From: an uncultured virus (IMG/VR IMGVR_UViG_3300037634_003213)
Taxonomy: Duplodnaviria; Heunggongvirae; Uroviricota; Caudoviricetes
Reading direction: 5' to 3' (one strand)
DNA: 20,000 nt
IMG/VR virus record: IMGVR_UViG_3300037634_003213
Shown: piece after piece, positions 1-8,183 of the stretch
Layout of the letters: every line of letters begins with the position of its first letter
Position numbering within the stretch: position 1 is the first letter of the stretch
The notes under the pieces: model-generated
The model's database searches: none
Seen by the model: the letters and a program-made list of their open reading frames with translations, nothing else
Told to the model about the DNA's origin: nothing
Made by a program: the position numbers and the translations under genes

Positions 1-179
1 GATGTACCAGTATGCAGAAGGCTGCGAGCGCATGAAGGGCGGCCACTCGGAGGCAGTGGCCACCGCTGAGATTGTCTACACTGGATGATCTCAACCCGCC
101 TACAGGTCACTGGCAAGAAGAAATGAGCGACCCTCGGGGGTGCAATGCCCCCTCCACTTTCAACAATAACGAGGCAACC

Positions 180-539
180 ATGAGCTACCGAGAATTCGAT
201 CATCAAGTATCCACTCTGGACCTGGCCTACATAGCCGGACAGATCGTAAATGAAGAGACAGGAGGGTGGTTGACCGAGGCGCACACCCTTTACGCACCCA
301 AGGAAGGCTACTCCAGCTTTGCAGTCGTCATAGATGAAGCAGTTCTAATGACGGCAACCGAGGAAGGGAACCTCGTAATCTGGAATCTAAACGAACCGCA
401 TCCGTACTGCGGAGACGGATACGACAGAGACTTTTATGTAGTCGAAGACTTCATTGAACGCATGCTCAAGAACAAGCAAGACAACTGCAACATAAAGCCC
501 GCGCCAACTTGGATGCGGGAACAACTCTCCAACCCATAA
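180..539 (+). CDS. Hypothetical phage protein (start moved to ATG 180)
   Basis: GAGGCAACC directly before ATG 180, in frame with the ORF-track 72..539. Confidence 0.75.
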   Translation: MSYREFDHQVSTLDLAYIAGQIVNEETGGWLTEAHTLYAPKEGYSSFAVVIDEAVLMTATEEGNLVIWNLNEPHPYCGDGYDRDFYVVEDFIERMLKNKQDNCNIKPAPTWMREQLSNP

Positions 540-552
540 AGCGAGGCAACCA

Positions 553-735
553 ATGAGAGGCATCTACATCATCGAGCAGTCCGGCGACAGGGTCACCGGG
601 CACTACCTATCCAAGAAAGGCGGGCGTTGGAGAGTCCACCTATTCAAGAACTGCTCACTCGAAAAAATAATTGAGAACGCATCACACGTCATCCATGAAC
701 CCACCATCTACACACTCACCAAACGAGGCAACTAA
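553..735 (+). CDS. Hypothetical protein, 60 aa
   Basis: GAGGCAACCAATG start; TAATG coupling to the next gene. Confidence 0.75.
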   Translation: MRGIYIIEQSGDRVTGHYLSKKGGRWRVHLFKNCSLEKIIENASHVIHEPTIYTLTKRGN

Positions 736-1127
736 TGAGATTCAAAGTAGACATCAACGACGGCGAGGTAACGCTCGACATGAAACCAGGGGACACCATC
801 GAGCATGGATGGTGGGAGCCCACCGACGAGGGCTATAGTGGAGGCACCGTCACCTTTGAGGCCCACGAAGAGGGCATCTTCCGCACGATCTACGACCACG
901 GTAGAGACTGCGACGGCTGCATATCATCCTTGCGCAAGGACTTCTGCCCTTGGGATGAACTGAAAGCATACGACGGGCGACGCAAGCAACTTGGCTATGC
1001 CGACGTTGTCGAGGACGGCGTCACCTATCACGAGATGCAGTACGAACCCGACCCCGGCTGGCCTAACTGGCAAGAGCACGAACGCTCCCGGCACTACGAT
1101 CAATACGCTCAAGCAATGAACTACTAA
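735..1127 (+). CDS. Hypothetical acidic phage protein
   Basis: GAGGCAACTAATG start; 130 aa ORF. Confidence 0.8.
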   Translation: MRFKVDINDGEVTLDMKPGDTIEHGWWEPTDEGYSGGTVTFEAHEEGIFRTIYDHGRDCDGCISSLRKDFCPWDELKAYDGRRKQLGYADVVEDGVTYHEMQYEPDPGWPNWQEHERSRHYDQYAQAMNY

Positions 1128-1152
1128 CCGACCAACCCCGGAGAATAAAACC

Positions 1153-1560
1153 ATGAACCGAATCACATCAACCATCACCGAAGGCAACAACGTCCCCCTG
1201 GATCAGCAGCGGGACTCTTGGAAAAAGAACGCTAACCCTTGGACGGTAACGCTTCGCTACCAGGGGAGGCAGTACACCTTCCCGTTCTGGACCGGCACCG
1301 GCTGGACCAGCAAACCCAACACCTTCGACGCGGCACACTGTGTCCTGTCGGAGGCGAGCGGGTTCGAGAACTCCCAAGGCTTCGAGGACTGGGCCAGCGA
1401 CTACGGCTACGACACCGATTCCCGTGATGCAGAGGGCATCTATCGGGCGACTGAACGAGTCCACAGGAACACCAAGCGCTTGCTTGGAGATGACTACCGC
1501 TGGTTCCAAACCACCCTCGTCTATATGGATGAGGAAACCCTTCAAGAGAGAACCCGATGA
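1153..1560 (+). CDS. Hypothetical phage protein (FEDWASDYGYDTDS motif)
   Basis: GGAG RBS upstream; 135 aa; motif resembles a recurrent phage early-protein family of unknown function. Confidence 0.8.
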   Translation: MNRITSTITEGNNVPLDQQRDSWKKNANPWTVTLRYQGRQYTFPFWTGTGWTSKPNTFDAAHCVLSEASGFENSQGFEDWASDYGYDTDSRDAEGIYRATERVHRNTKRLLGDDYRWFQTTLVYMDEETLQERTR

Positions 1561-1574
1561 GAGTCTAACCGATA

Positions 1575-1638
1575 GACTGAGAGCCTGTCGAAAACAAACC
1601 AAAGATTGTTTGTCCCTGAGTAAGGGCCAACAACGTCT
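1575..1638 (+). promoter_or_regulatory. Conserved intergenic element copy 1 (probable phage early promoter)
   Basis: GACTGAGAGCCTGTCGAAAA-N16-TGTCC-N18-CGTCT, colinear with the copy at 4788-4851. Confidence 0.55.
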
Positions 1639-1684
1639 ACCTAATAGCAGCCAATGAAGGCTGACCAAACGAGGCAACAACACC

Positions 1685-1993
1685 ATGAAAAAACAACCTG
1701 ACTACAATCATGATCTCTACGATATCTTTGAGCCCGGTGAACCAGGATTCCACGGATACAAAATCGGTGAGAGGCTGCGCAATATCGGAGCAAAAGAGAC
1801 AACGTGGACGGTGGTTCAAATCTTCTGCCCGAATAGGCCGGAAAGCCTGGGCGAGATTCGCATTGTCAATGACCAGACTAACTACAAAAAGTATGTAGAG
1901 ACACACACCCTGGACCTTTACTGGGTCCGAGTACCGGAAGAGGCAGCCCCCGTGAAGACCTGGACACCCGAGGCGGGCTGGGTTGTATCATGA
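1685..1993 (+). CDS. Hypothetical protein, 102 aa
   Basis: GAGGCAACAACACCATG start. Confidence 0.75.
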   Translation: MKKQPDYNHDLYDIFEPGEPGFHGYKIGERLRNIGAKETTWTVVQIFCPNRPESLGEIRIVNDQTNYKKYVETHTLDLYWVRVPEEAAPVKTWTPEAGWVVS

Positions 1994-2151
1994 CAACCGA
2001 GGAGCTTTTAGAATGCATTCGCGAAGCAATGCCGCACGTGTACCGACAACAGGGACACGGCAAGCATGAACAGGACCGGGCCGACGCCGAAGCATGGTGG
2101 GAAAAATGGAAAGAGATCCGGCACCTTGCAACAACCCATGACATATCGTGA
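1990..2151 (+). CDS. Hypothetical protein, 53 aa (MTTEELLECIREAMPH...), not in ORF track
   Basis: ATGA overlap with the upstream stop; hand-translated open frame fills the gap. Confidence 0.6.
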   Translation: MTTEELLECIREAMPHVYRQQGHGKHEQDRADAEAWWEKWKEIRHLATTHDIS

Positions 2152-2196
2152 CAACAACCAAAGTGTAGCCATGCTACATACACAACGAGGCAACCA

Positions 2197-2382
2197 ATGA
2201 CAACCTACACACAAGACAACAGGCAGTACCAAGTACACGACTGCAAGACATGCGAAGGCTCCGGGCTCGCACCGTGGCACCTCGGATGCGGCGACAGTGG
2301 TCCCGACGATTGCAGGAAGTGCGACGGCATCGGCCAGTACGCCACTGAAATAACACCAACAAAGGAGGCAACCAATGGATGA
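2197..2382 (+). CDS. Small zinc-finger protein (DnaJ-type CxxCxGxG repeats)
   Basis: CKTCEGSG and CRKCDGIG; GAGGCAACCAATG start. Confidence 0.75.
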   Translation: MTTYTQDNRQYQVHDCKTCEGSGLAPWHLGCGDSGPDDCRKCDGIGQYATEITPTKEATNG

Positions 2383-2590
2383 CTACACAGCAGCACGATT
2401 CGCTGATGCTTACGAGCGACCCTACCCCGAGGACCACCCACGGTGTGAGTACTGCGGCGAGCACTTGACTGATGACGAGCAAGACCACGAAGGACCGAAC
2501 GAACTGTGCAGCGAACACCGCACGGATGACCAACAGACAGAACAACAACAACAACAACAACCAACCCTAACGGAGGCAACCAATGGGTGA
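2375..2590 (+). CDS. Small acidic Cys/His protein with poly-Gln tail
   Basis: CEYC...CSEH; GGAGGCAACCAATG start; (CAA)n run near 2543-2560. Confidence 0.65.
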   Translation: MDDYTAARFADAYERPYPEDHPRCEYCGEHLTDDEQDHEGPNELCSEHRTDDQQTEQQQQQQPTLTEATNG

Positions 2591-3608
2591 ATCAACAACA
2601 AAGAAATGGGACCCCTACACACACATCACCGACCTTGTGATCGAAGGACTTGAGAAGGGCGTCGGCCCTTGGTCTAAGCCATGGCGACTGAAGCCGGGGA
2701 TGTCCGATGGACTCAACGGTCTACTACCATTCAACCCCTGCACCAAGTCAGGTGGTCGAGTGTACAACGGCAACAACTCCTGGCTGCTGGCCATCCGTGG
2801 CCTGCGCTTTGGATGGACCGACCCTCGGTTCTGCACCTTCAAGCAGGCAAAGGCGCGAGGCTGGCAGGTCAAGGACGGACAGAGCGGTGCCAAGGATGGG
2901 CCGGGTCCATCGCATGTGTACTTCTTCATCGTGAAGAGCTACCCGAAGCTGAGTACGCTGACCGGCGAGCCCTTGGTTGACAGCAACGGCAAGCCAATCA
3001 TGTGGACATCATTCAAGCCGAAGGTGTACCGAGTGTGGAACTTCGAGCAACTCGATGGACCCGAGGCATGGGTGACCGAAGAGGAGGAGGCCGCCGAGGT
3101 GACCGAGGAGGAGACCACTGCACTCAAGCATGACCTTGCATGGGAAGTCATCGAGGCATGGCGACAGGTGGTGCCTACCAAGTTTGGTGGAGGGCGAGCA
3201 TTCTATATGCCTTCCGCTGACCGCATCCAACTGCCAGAGTACGAGGCGTTCGACTCCGAGGAGGACGCGCTGTCCACCGAGTTCCATGAGGACATCCACT
3301 CCACGGGGCATGAGTCCCGAGAGGAGCGAGACTTCTCAGGACGATTCGGCAACGAGGCATACGCCTTTGAGGAGTTGGTAGCAGAGCTTGGGTCTGCAAA
3401 CCTCATGGCTGCGACCGGCGTAGTCGGTCCCGGCATTGTCCGAGAGGACCACGTCAAGTACCTACAAAGCTGGATCAAGGTGCTCAAGAAAGACAACAGG
3501 GCGCTGTTCACGGCGAGCAAGCTGGCACGCCAAGCAACCGAACGCATCCTAAAGAACCATGAACAATCCGTGTCGGCGGTCAGGGAGACAACGGAGAAGG
3601 CTGCGTAA
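2583..3608 (+). CDS. ardC: ArdC-family antirestriction protein (N-terminal ssDNA-binding domain plus zincin-like metallopeptidase domain)
   Basis: ITDLVIEGLEKG.GPW.KPW, YNGNN, TFKQAK..GWQV, AFY.PS.DRIQLP, HEDIHSTGH (HExxH), YAFEELVAELGSA, YLQSWIKVLK. Confidence 0.9.
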   Translation: MGESTTKKWDPYTHITDLVIEGLEKGVGPWSKPWRLKPGMSDGLNGLLPFNPCTKSGGRVYNGNNSWLLAIRGLRFGWTDPRFCTFKQAKARGWQVKDGQSGAKDGPGPSHVYFFIVKSYPKLSTLTGEPLVDSNGKPIMWTSFKPKVYRVWNFEQLDGPEAWVTEEEEAAEVTEEETTALKHDLAWEVIEAWRQVVPTKFGGGRAFYMPSADRIQLPEYEAFDSEEDALSTEFHEDIHSTGHESREERDFSGRFGNEAYAFEELVAELGSANLMAATGVVGPGIVREDHVKYLQSWIKVLKKDNRALFTASKLARQATERILKNHEQSVSAVRETTEKAA

Positions 3609-3653
3609 GCAGCCGCAACGGGGTGAGGGTAGGGACATACCCTGCTCTCATCC
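3599..3653 (+). terminator. Tandem RNA hairpins after ardC (terminator or processing site)
   Basis: GGCTGC-GTAA-GCAGCC (3599-3614) and GGGTGAGGGTAGGG/CCCTGCTCTCATCC (3621-3653) with three G-U pairs; no U-tract. Confidence 0.45.
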
Positions 3654-3707
3654 CAACCCTACCTTAGAACACAACACACGCCCAGCAATGGGCACTGGAG
3701 GCAACTA

Positions 3708-4070
3708 ATGACAAACTATACACTATACATTGCAGAGATTGACAACCTACCGGAGGACGCCACAATCGACGAACTGGCGTTTCTTTACTACAAACCCCAC
3801 CAAGATACACCGGGCCCAGTTCACATGTTCCGAGTCAAGGCGACAGGCATGGAGGAAGCAACGGAGCGCTTGCGTGGTCAAGCATTCAACAAAGGCTGGT
3901 CTATTCACAACACCCTTTCAATCGTGGTTGACGGGGCAGGCATGAGATACCGCGACTGGATTGAGATGAACTTTGACGCGGCGAACAACGAGTTGTTCAA
4001 AGCCAAGGAAGAAGCAGCCAAGTGGGCGACTGCTTTGCATAAACTAAACCAAACAGGAGGCAACCAATGA
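3708..4070 (+). CDS. Hypothetical protein, 120 aa
   Basis: GGAGGCAACTAATG start. Confidence 0.8.
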   Translation: MTNYTLYIAEIDNLPEDATIDELAFLYYKPHQDTPGPVHMFRVKATGMEEATERLRGQAFNKGWSIHNTLSIVVDGAGMRYRDWIEMNFDAANNELFKAKEEAAKWATALHKLNQTGGNQ

Positions 4071-4300
4071 GATACGAAATGTTCTACACCGTCACGATCC
4101 AGAGAGGCGGCTGCGTAGAGGTAGAGGCAGACAATGCCGAGGAGGCTAAGGCAATCGCCATGGCCTTCCTCACAGAATCAGATGAGTCCAACGTCACCCG
4201 CTCTTGGCCTGACTGCGTGGACATGGACGATCCCAAGTACGTTCTCGATGAACCCACAACGAAGAGAGTGATGGATGGAATGCTCGAAGGATGCCTGTGA
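4067..4300 (+). CDS. DpnD/PcfM-like small protein
   Basis: Y...TVTI....VEVEADNAEEA pattern; GGAGGCAACCAATG start. Confidence 0.6.
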   Translation: MRYEMFYTVTIQRGGCVEVEADNAEEAKAIAMAFLTESDESNVTRSWPDCVDMDDPKYVLDEPTTKRVMDGMLEGCL

Positions 4301-4401
4301 TGAGGCTGGCACTTGAACTGACTGGCCTTTGCATCTTTCTGTGGGCGGTCATGGAGGCTCGTGGATTCATCAAATCAATCGAGAAGCAAGAGCGTGAGTA
4401 A
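4300..4401 (+). CDS. Putative 33-aa membrane peptide (MRLALELTGLCIFLWAVMEARGFIKSIEKQERE)
   Basis: TGATG coupling; hydrophobic N-terminus and charged tail. Confidence 0.45.
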   Translation: MRLALELTGLCIFLWAVMEARGFIKSIEKQERE

Positions 4402-4453
4402 GCCATCAGCACTGGAGCTAATCGTTGCACGGACCCTTGAGCATTGGTTGAGG

Positions 4454-4756
4454 AAACCAAGAATGTCCCAACCTAAAACCAAGAACGTCCCAAAAGATAA
4501 GCGTAAACCATTGAAATGATTAGCGTCTGGTTTTGCAAATGTCCCAAGCCATTGTGTGAAATGTCCCAAGTGTCCCAAGGTTGAAGGCCTAAGCATCTGG
4601 AATCACTGTGTTCCATTCGGGCAAATGTCCCAGCCTGACATTCAAAGTTCCCTTCTCCCCCAGACCCCCTCTACCCTCAAATGTTTATAATTGGTATAGA
4701 TATACACTAGTAGGTATATGAATCTAATAAAAGATAATTGGATCTAATAAGATCTC
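4454..4756 (+). repeat. Non-coding GTCCCAA repeat array followed by an AT-rich tract (origin-like)
   Basis: GTCCCA(A) at 4465, 4487, 4541, 4563, 4572, 4627; AT-rich 4681-4750 with ATCTAATAA twice. Confidence 0.75.
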
Positions 4757-4787
4757 AGCGGCCTGTCAAACCCCAATCAACACAAGG

Positions 4788-4851
4788 GACTGAGAGCCTG
4801 CCGAAAATAAAATAAACTTTTCCTGTCCGCCTAAGACATTTGACCGCGTCT
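4788..4851 (+). promoter_or_regulatory. Conserved intergenic element copy 2 (probable phage early promoter)
   Basis: GACTGAGAGCCTGCCGAAAA-N16-TGTCC-N18-CGTCT; first block 19/20 identical to copy 1, same spacings. Confidence 0.55.
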
Positions 4852-4908
4852 TCTAAGACAGGAAGGGAAAACCCCGACCGACAACCAACCCCAACAAGGC
4901 AACCAATC

Positions 4909-5262
4909 ATGATCGAATGCATCAATCTTTACCCACTATCTGAAGACCAAGACCCTGGCGGAGAGTACCAAGTTCACCCGCTTGTGCGGCTTGAGTATTG
5001 GATCAAAGGCAAACTACAAGACAAGCTGGACCCCAACGACCTCATGAAAACCATGGCCGGAGTACCAGCCACCGCCGAAGAGATCGCCCTGTTGCGCGAG
5101 GCATACACGGCTTGCCTAAAGGGCGACCTCGAACGTGCCATCTTTCTGGCACGTGAGTACGAGCAGCTTGATCCCTATGGATTCTATGACGGAAGCTTCT
5201 GGGATGTGAAGTTCCCTGACATCGTCTTTGTTCAACCAATCCCCAACCAACTCAACAACTAA
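4909..5262 (+). CDS. Hypothetical protein (start moved to ATG 4909)
   Basis: AAGGCAACCAATCATG variant motif. Confidence 0.75.
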   Translation: MIECINLYPLSEDQDPGGEYQVHPLVRLEYWIKGKLQDKLDPNDLMKTMAGVPATAEEIALLREAYTACLKGDLERAIFLAREYEQLDPYGFYDGSFWDVKFPDIVFVQPIPNQLNN

Positions 5263-5275
5263 GAGAGGAAACCCC

Positions 5276-5797
5276 ATGAGAACATTCAACAACCGACAGA
5301 TGAGCGCAGCCTTCAAGAAGCTGGGCTTCCGTAAATCCGAATATCAACTGACCCGAATGGGCATAAGCTACAAGCACCCATGGTCCAAGGCCCTGTTCAC
5401 ATTCGCTAAGGCCGAGAACGGCGGTATCACTTGCTCCGCTCCCGGCGAGGATAAGCTGTGGAGCTTCCCCCTCGGACTAACTCAAGAGAAGTTCGAGGCG
5501 TTCGAACAGGCTGGCGTTCGATTCCCTTGGGTAGAGGACAGCAATGCTGACCAGATAGGAGTGCGCGAAGTCCTGCTATGCATAGCCCGAGGCTTTGGCG
5601 AGATGCTCGAAGAGGAAGTGGAGTGCGACGAGTGTGGCGAGGTGGAGTACCGGGCCCACATGGTCCAAGGACCCAACGGGCTTTTGATACATGAAGACTG
5701 TGTAGAAGAAGTAGCAGACTGGAATGAACACCCAGATGCATTTACCAAACGCATGCTTGAACGGCGTGCCCAACAACAACAGGAGAGTGAAGTATGA
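5276..5797 (+). CDS. Hypothetical protein with C-terminal CxxC...HxxC zinc site
   Basis: GAGAGGAAACCCCATG start; CDECG...HEDC. Confidence 0.75.
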   Translation: MRTFNNRQMSAAFKKLGFRKSEYQLTRMGISYKHPWSKALFTFAKAENGGITCSAPGEDKLWSFPLGLTQEKFEAFEQAGVRFPWVEDSNADQIGVREVLLCIARGFGEMLEEEVECDECGEVEYRAHMVQGPNGLLIHEDCVEEVADWNEHPDAFTKRMLERRAQQQQESEV

Positions 5798-6048
5798 GCG
5801 ACAAAGAACGGCAAGGAACAATCTTAGAAACCGTGACGACGGAAGGAGGCACCGTCTACGAACTGCGACAGGATGGACACTACTGCAAACTCTACACTGT
5901 AGGAGAGCACGGCTACTTCTGTGGCTACGTCAGTAACCCTGAGTACATGCAAGACGCCATCGACAACCACGAGGAAGAGATGAGAATCATGCTCGCTGAA
6001 GCTCAAGAAGAGTTTGAAGGTAGTTTACTACTTGACGGTAGAATCTAA
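5794..6048 (+). CDS. Hypothetical acidic protein, 84 aa
   Basis: AGGAG RBS; ATGA overlap. Confidence 0.7.
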   Translation: MSDKERQGTILETVTTEGGTVYELRQDGHYCKLYTVGEHGYFCGYVSNPEYMQDAIDNHEEEMRIMLAEAQEEFEGSLLLDGRI

Positions 6049-6049
6049 C

Positions 6050-6094
6050 CAACAACCAACAACCAACAATCAACAACCAACAATCAACAACCAA
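6050..6094 (+). repeat. Tandem 7-mer CAACAAY x6 in a 5' leader
   Basis: Read directly; ends just before GAGGCAACCAATG. Confidence 0.9.
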
Positions 6095-6106
6095 GAGAGG
6101 CAACCA

Positions 6107-6649
6107 ATGTTCAATCACAACACACAAATCAACCGAGCCGGGGCAGCAATGACCCGAGCATTCCAACAAGCAGCCGAGGCGCTCATCGAACAGCGAGACA
6201 GCAGCGACTGCTGGGACCTAAAGCAACTCGGGGTCAAGCGAAAGACCTTCAAGGGTGTGAAGCTTCATCGAGTCCTTCTATGCAAGGGCTTCAACCAACC
6301 CCGCATCGCCGTAAGCAATGGCAGTATTGCATTCGACTTGGTAGGCAGCGAGCAGCATGACGCTTGGCTCGACACCAACCACGATGTCAATGCTTGCACC
6401 GGGCCAAGCTGGGAGAAGCAAGAGGTAGGCATCAACCCTGAAGTCTTCGACCAAAGCGGCTGGCTTGTCCAGAAGCTGCACCACGAGAAGGCAGGGGTGA
6501 ATGCCGTGCTGCTCAACGCTGCACTCAAGTGGGTAGGCGACGGACCTGTCTCAATCACTCAGAAGCCAACCGAGCCACTCGGACCCATCCTTGTGCAGAA
6601 CACGGAGAAGCTTGTGTCGGTGGTAGTGATGCCAGTCCGACTCACCTAA
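6107..6649 (+). CDS. Protein with a C-terminus resembling the DNA Pol III beta-clamp (DnaN) C-terminal domain
   Basis: GAGGCAACCAATG start; ends NAVLLNAALKWVGDGPVSI...PILV.....SVVVMPVRLT, like the DnaN terminus (..YVVMPMRL). Confidence 0.6.
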   Translation: MFNHNTQINRAGAAMTRAFQQAAEALIEQRDSSDCWDLKQLGVKRKTFKGVKLHRVLLCKGFNQPRIAVSNGSIAFDLVGSEQHDAWLDTNHDVNACTGPSWEKQEVGINPEVFDQSGWLVQKLHHEKAGVNAVLLNAALKWVGDGPVSITQKPTEPLGPILVQNTEKLVSVVVMPVRLT

Positions 6650-6719
6650 ACACTAACGACCTGGACACGTCATCAAACTGTCCACCCACCAACCAACTGA
6701 CAACCTATGGAGGCAACCT

Positions 6720-7307
6720 ATGGAATCTATCCTTTACACACAACTAAACCCTGACGACTGCAACATCCAAGACGTGGAGTTTGAGCGAGGTATCAACCGC
6801 TTCATGGAGCGGTACATGACCAGCTTTCCTCTCTCGCTGCTTGAGAAGGACTACGATCGCTGGGAGCTTCAACCTCTTGGTACATGCGAGGTCGAATCTG
6901 AGTTTCCAGCAGACTCTGACGACTGTCACGAAGTGTTCTTCGTCATCGACATCTACGGCGAGCGGCATGAGTTCGCGGACGAGTGTGATGCTGAGTACTT
7001 TGCTCAGGAGCAGAACGAGGAGGAAGAGCAGAACCGACTTGGCTTCCCTTGGGCGCACAACTGCTGCTTCATGCCAGAAGACAACATCAGGGACGAGGAA
7101 CTGCGTGCCGCTGGATTCACTATCGCGCTCTATACAGACAGCGACGGTGATCAAGTGCGCCTCTGTGGGATTGATAGCTGCGGCTACTCTTTCATGGGCG
7201 CTCACTTCTCCAAGCTGTGTGCAATCGTTTACCACCGCTGGGGCAGGGCAGTGCAGACTGTCGATGGTCTCCGGCTCATCGAGTTCCCTAAGACAGGAGG
7301 TGAGTGA
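6720..7307 (+). CDS. Highly acidic hypothetical phage protein (GIDSCGYSF..AHF motif)
   Basis: GGAGGCAACCTATG start; 195 aa. Confidence 0.8.
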   Translation: MESILYTQLNPDDCNIQDVEFERGINRFMERYMTSFPLSLLEKDYDRWELQPLGTCEVESEFPADSDDCHEVFFVIDIYGERHEFADECDAEYFAQEQNEEEEQNRLGFPWAHNCCFMPEDNIRDEELRAAGFTIALYTDSDGDQVRLCGIDSCGYSFMGAHFSKLCAIVYHRWGRAVQTVDGLRLIEFPKTGGE

Positions 7308-7462
7308 TGAGACTGAATCTTTGGGGCCGCTGCAACGGCGGCGAATGGGAACACATCGACAGCGCGGAGAGCACGGACGACAAGTCCTATCTCCTCGCTG
7401 AATACCGGATGGCCTTCGGGCCGGGCTGGCAGTTCCAGTGGCGACGTAAGGGAGGTGAGTGA
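7307..7462 (+). CDS. Hypothetical protein, 51 aa (MRLNLWGRCNGGEWEHID...KGGE), not in ORF track
   Basis: Bounded by two GGAGGTGAGTGATG cassettes; hand-translated. Confidence 0.8.
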   Translation: MRLNLWGRCNGGEWEHIDSAESTDDKSYLLAEYRMAFGPGWQFQWRRKGGE

Positions 7463-7662
7463 TGGGTTTTCTCGACAGGGAGTTCAACCCCACCTACAAG
7501 ACGCGGTGGCTGCCATCCAAGAAAGTGCTGAAGCCAGGACAGAAAACCTATCGAGTGAAGGAGAGAGAGGATCACCACGAGCAGACTTGCGACCAAATGG
7601 ACAGGCTTAGTGAGCTATTACAAGAGCCACCCTCATTGAGTGATGGGGGGTTCAAACCATGA
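7462..7662 (+). CDS. Hypothetical protein
   Basis: GGAGGTGAGTGATG start. Confidence 0.7.
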   Translation: MGFLDREFNPTYKTRWLPSKKVLKPGQKTYRVKEREDHHEQTCDQMDRLSELLQEPPSLSDGGFKP

Positions 7663-8123
7663 CAAAGGTGTACCTTGTACGATTCAACGTAGGAGTGGAG
7701 ACCTATGCAAAGGTCTGTCACTGGCTGCCTGGAGGTGGATATGCCAGGACGATTGGCGACATGCTTCTGAAGTTCATGGTCGATCTCTACCAGGGAGAAA
7801 CAAAGCCCCGCTTTACCAGCCCAACCATCTTGGCAACAAGGTGGGTGGTGTGGTCATGCCAACAGCAGAACAAGAGGCATCCACTAAGGGTAGAGAACAT
7901 CGGTGTAGTCTCAAACGAACGCTATGTTTTTGCGGACTATGTGTTCGACATCAACTGCGATCAACTGGGGCCACTAACCAACCTGCCAGACATCAGATGC
8001 ACCCGCGTCAATCACAACGGAGGAGAGAACAAACCAGTAAAACTTCAACCATTTAGCATGTACCGACAACTCATGCTGGAGGAGAAAACAGAACCAATGA
8101 TCATTGAAGACAGCATGCTGTGA
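7659..8123 (+). CDS. Hypothetical protein, 154 aa
   Basis: ATGA overlap; G-rich RBS. Confidence 0.7.
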   Translation: MTKVYLVRFNVGVETYAKVCHWLPGGGYARTIGDMLLKFMVDLYQGETKPRFTSPTILATRWVVWSCQQQNKRHPLRVENIGVVSNERYVFADYVFDINCDQLGPLTNLPDIRCTRVNHNGGENKPVKLQPFSMYRQLMLEEKTEPMIIEDSML

Positions 8124-8183
8124 CATTTAGTGACAACCAAACATAAACAACGTGGTTACTATGTAGCCACGGAGGCAACAACT

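Noticed and set aside
72..179. Long N-terminal extensions given by the ORF track (also 4840, 5228, 6014, 8130, 15825, 16002)
   Set aside because: Downstream starts carry the conserved motif or an SD; extensions run through leaders, repeats or neighbouring genes.
4454..4633. CRISPR array
   Set aside because: Repeats are only 7-18 bp and irregularly spaced; no cas genes in the window.
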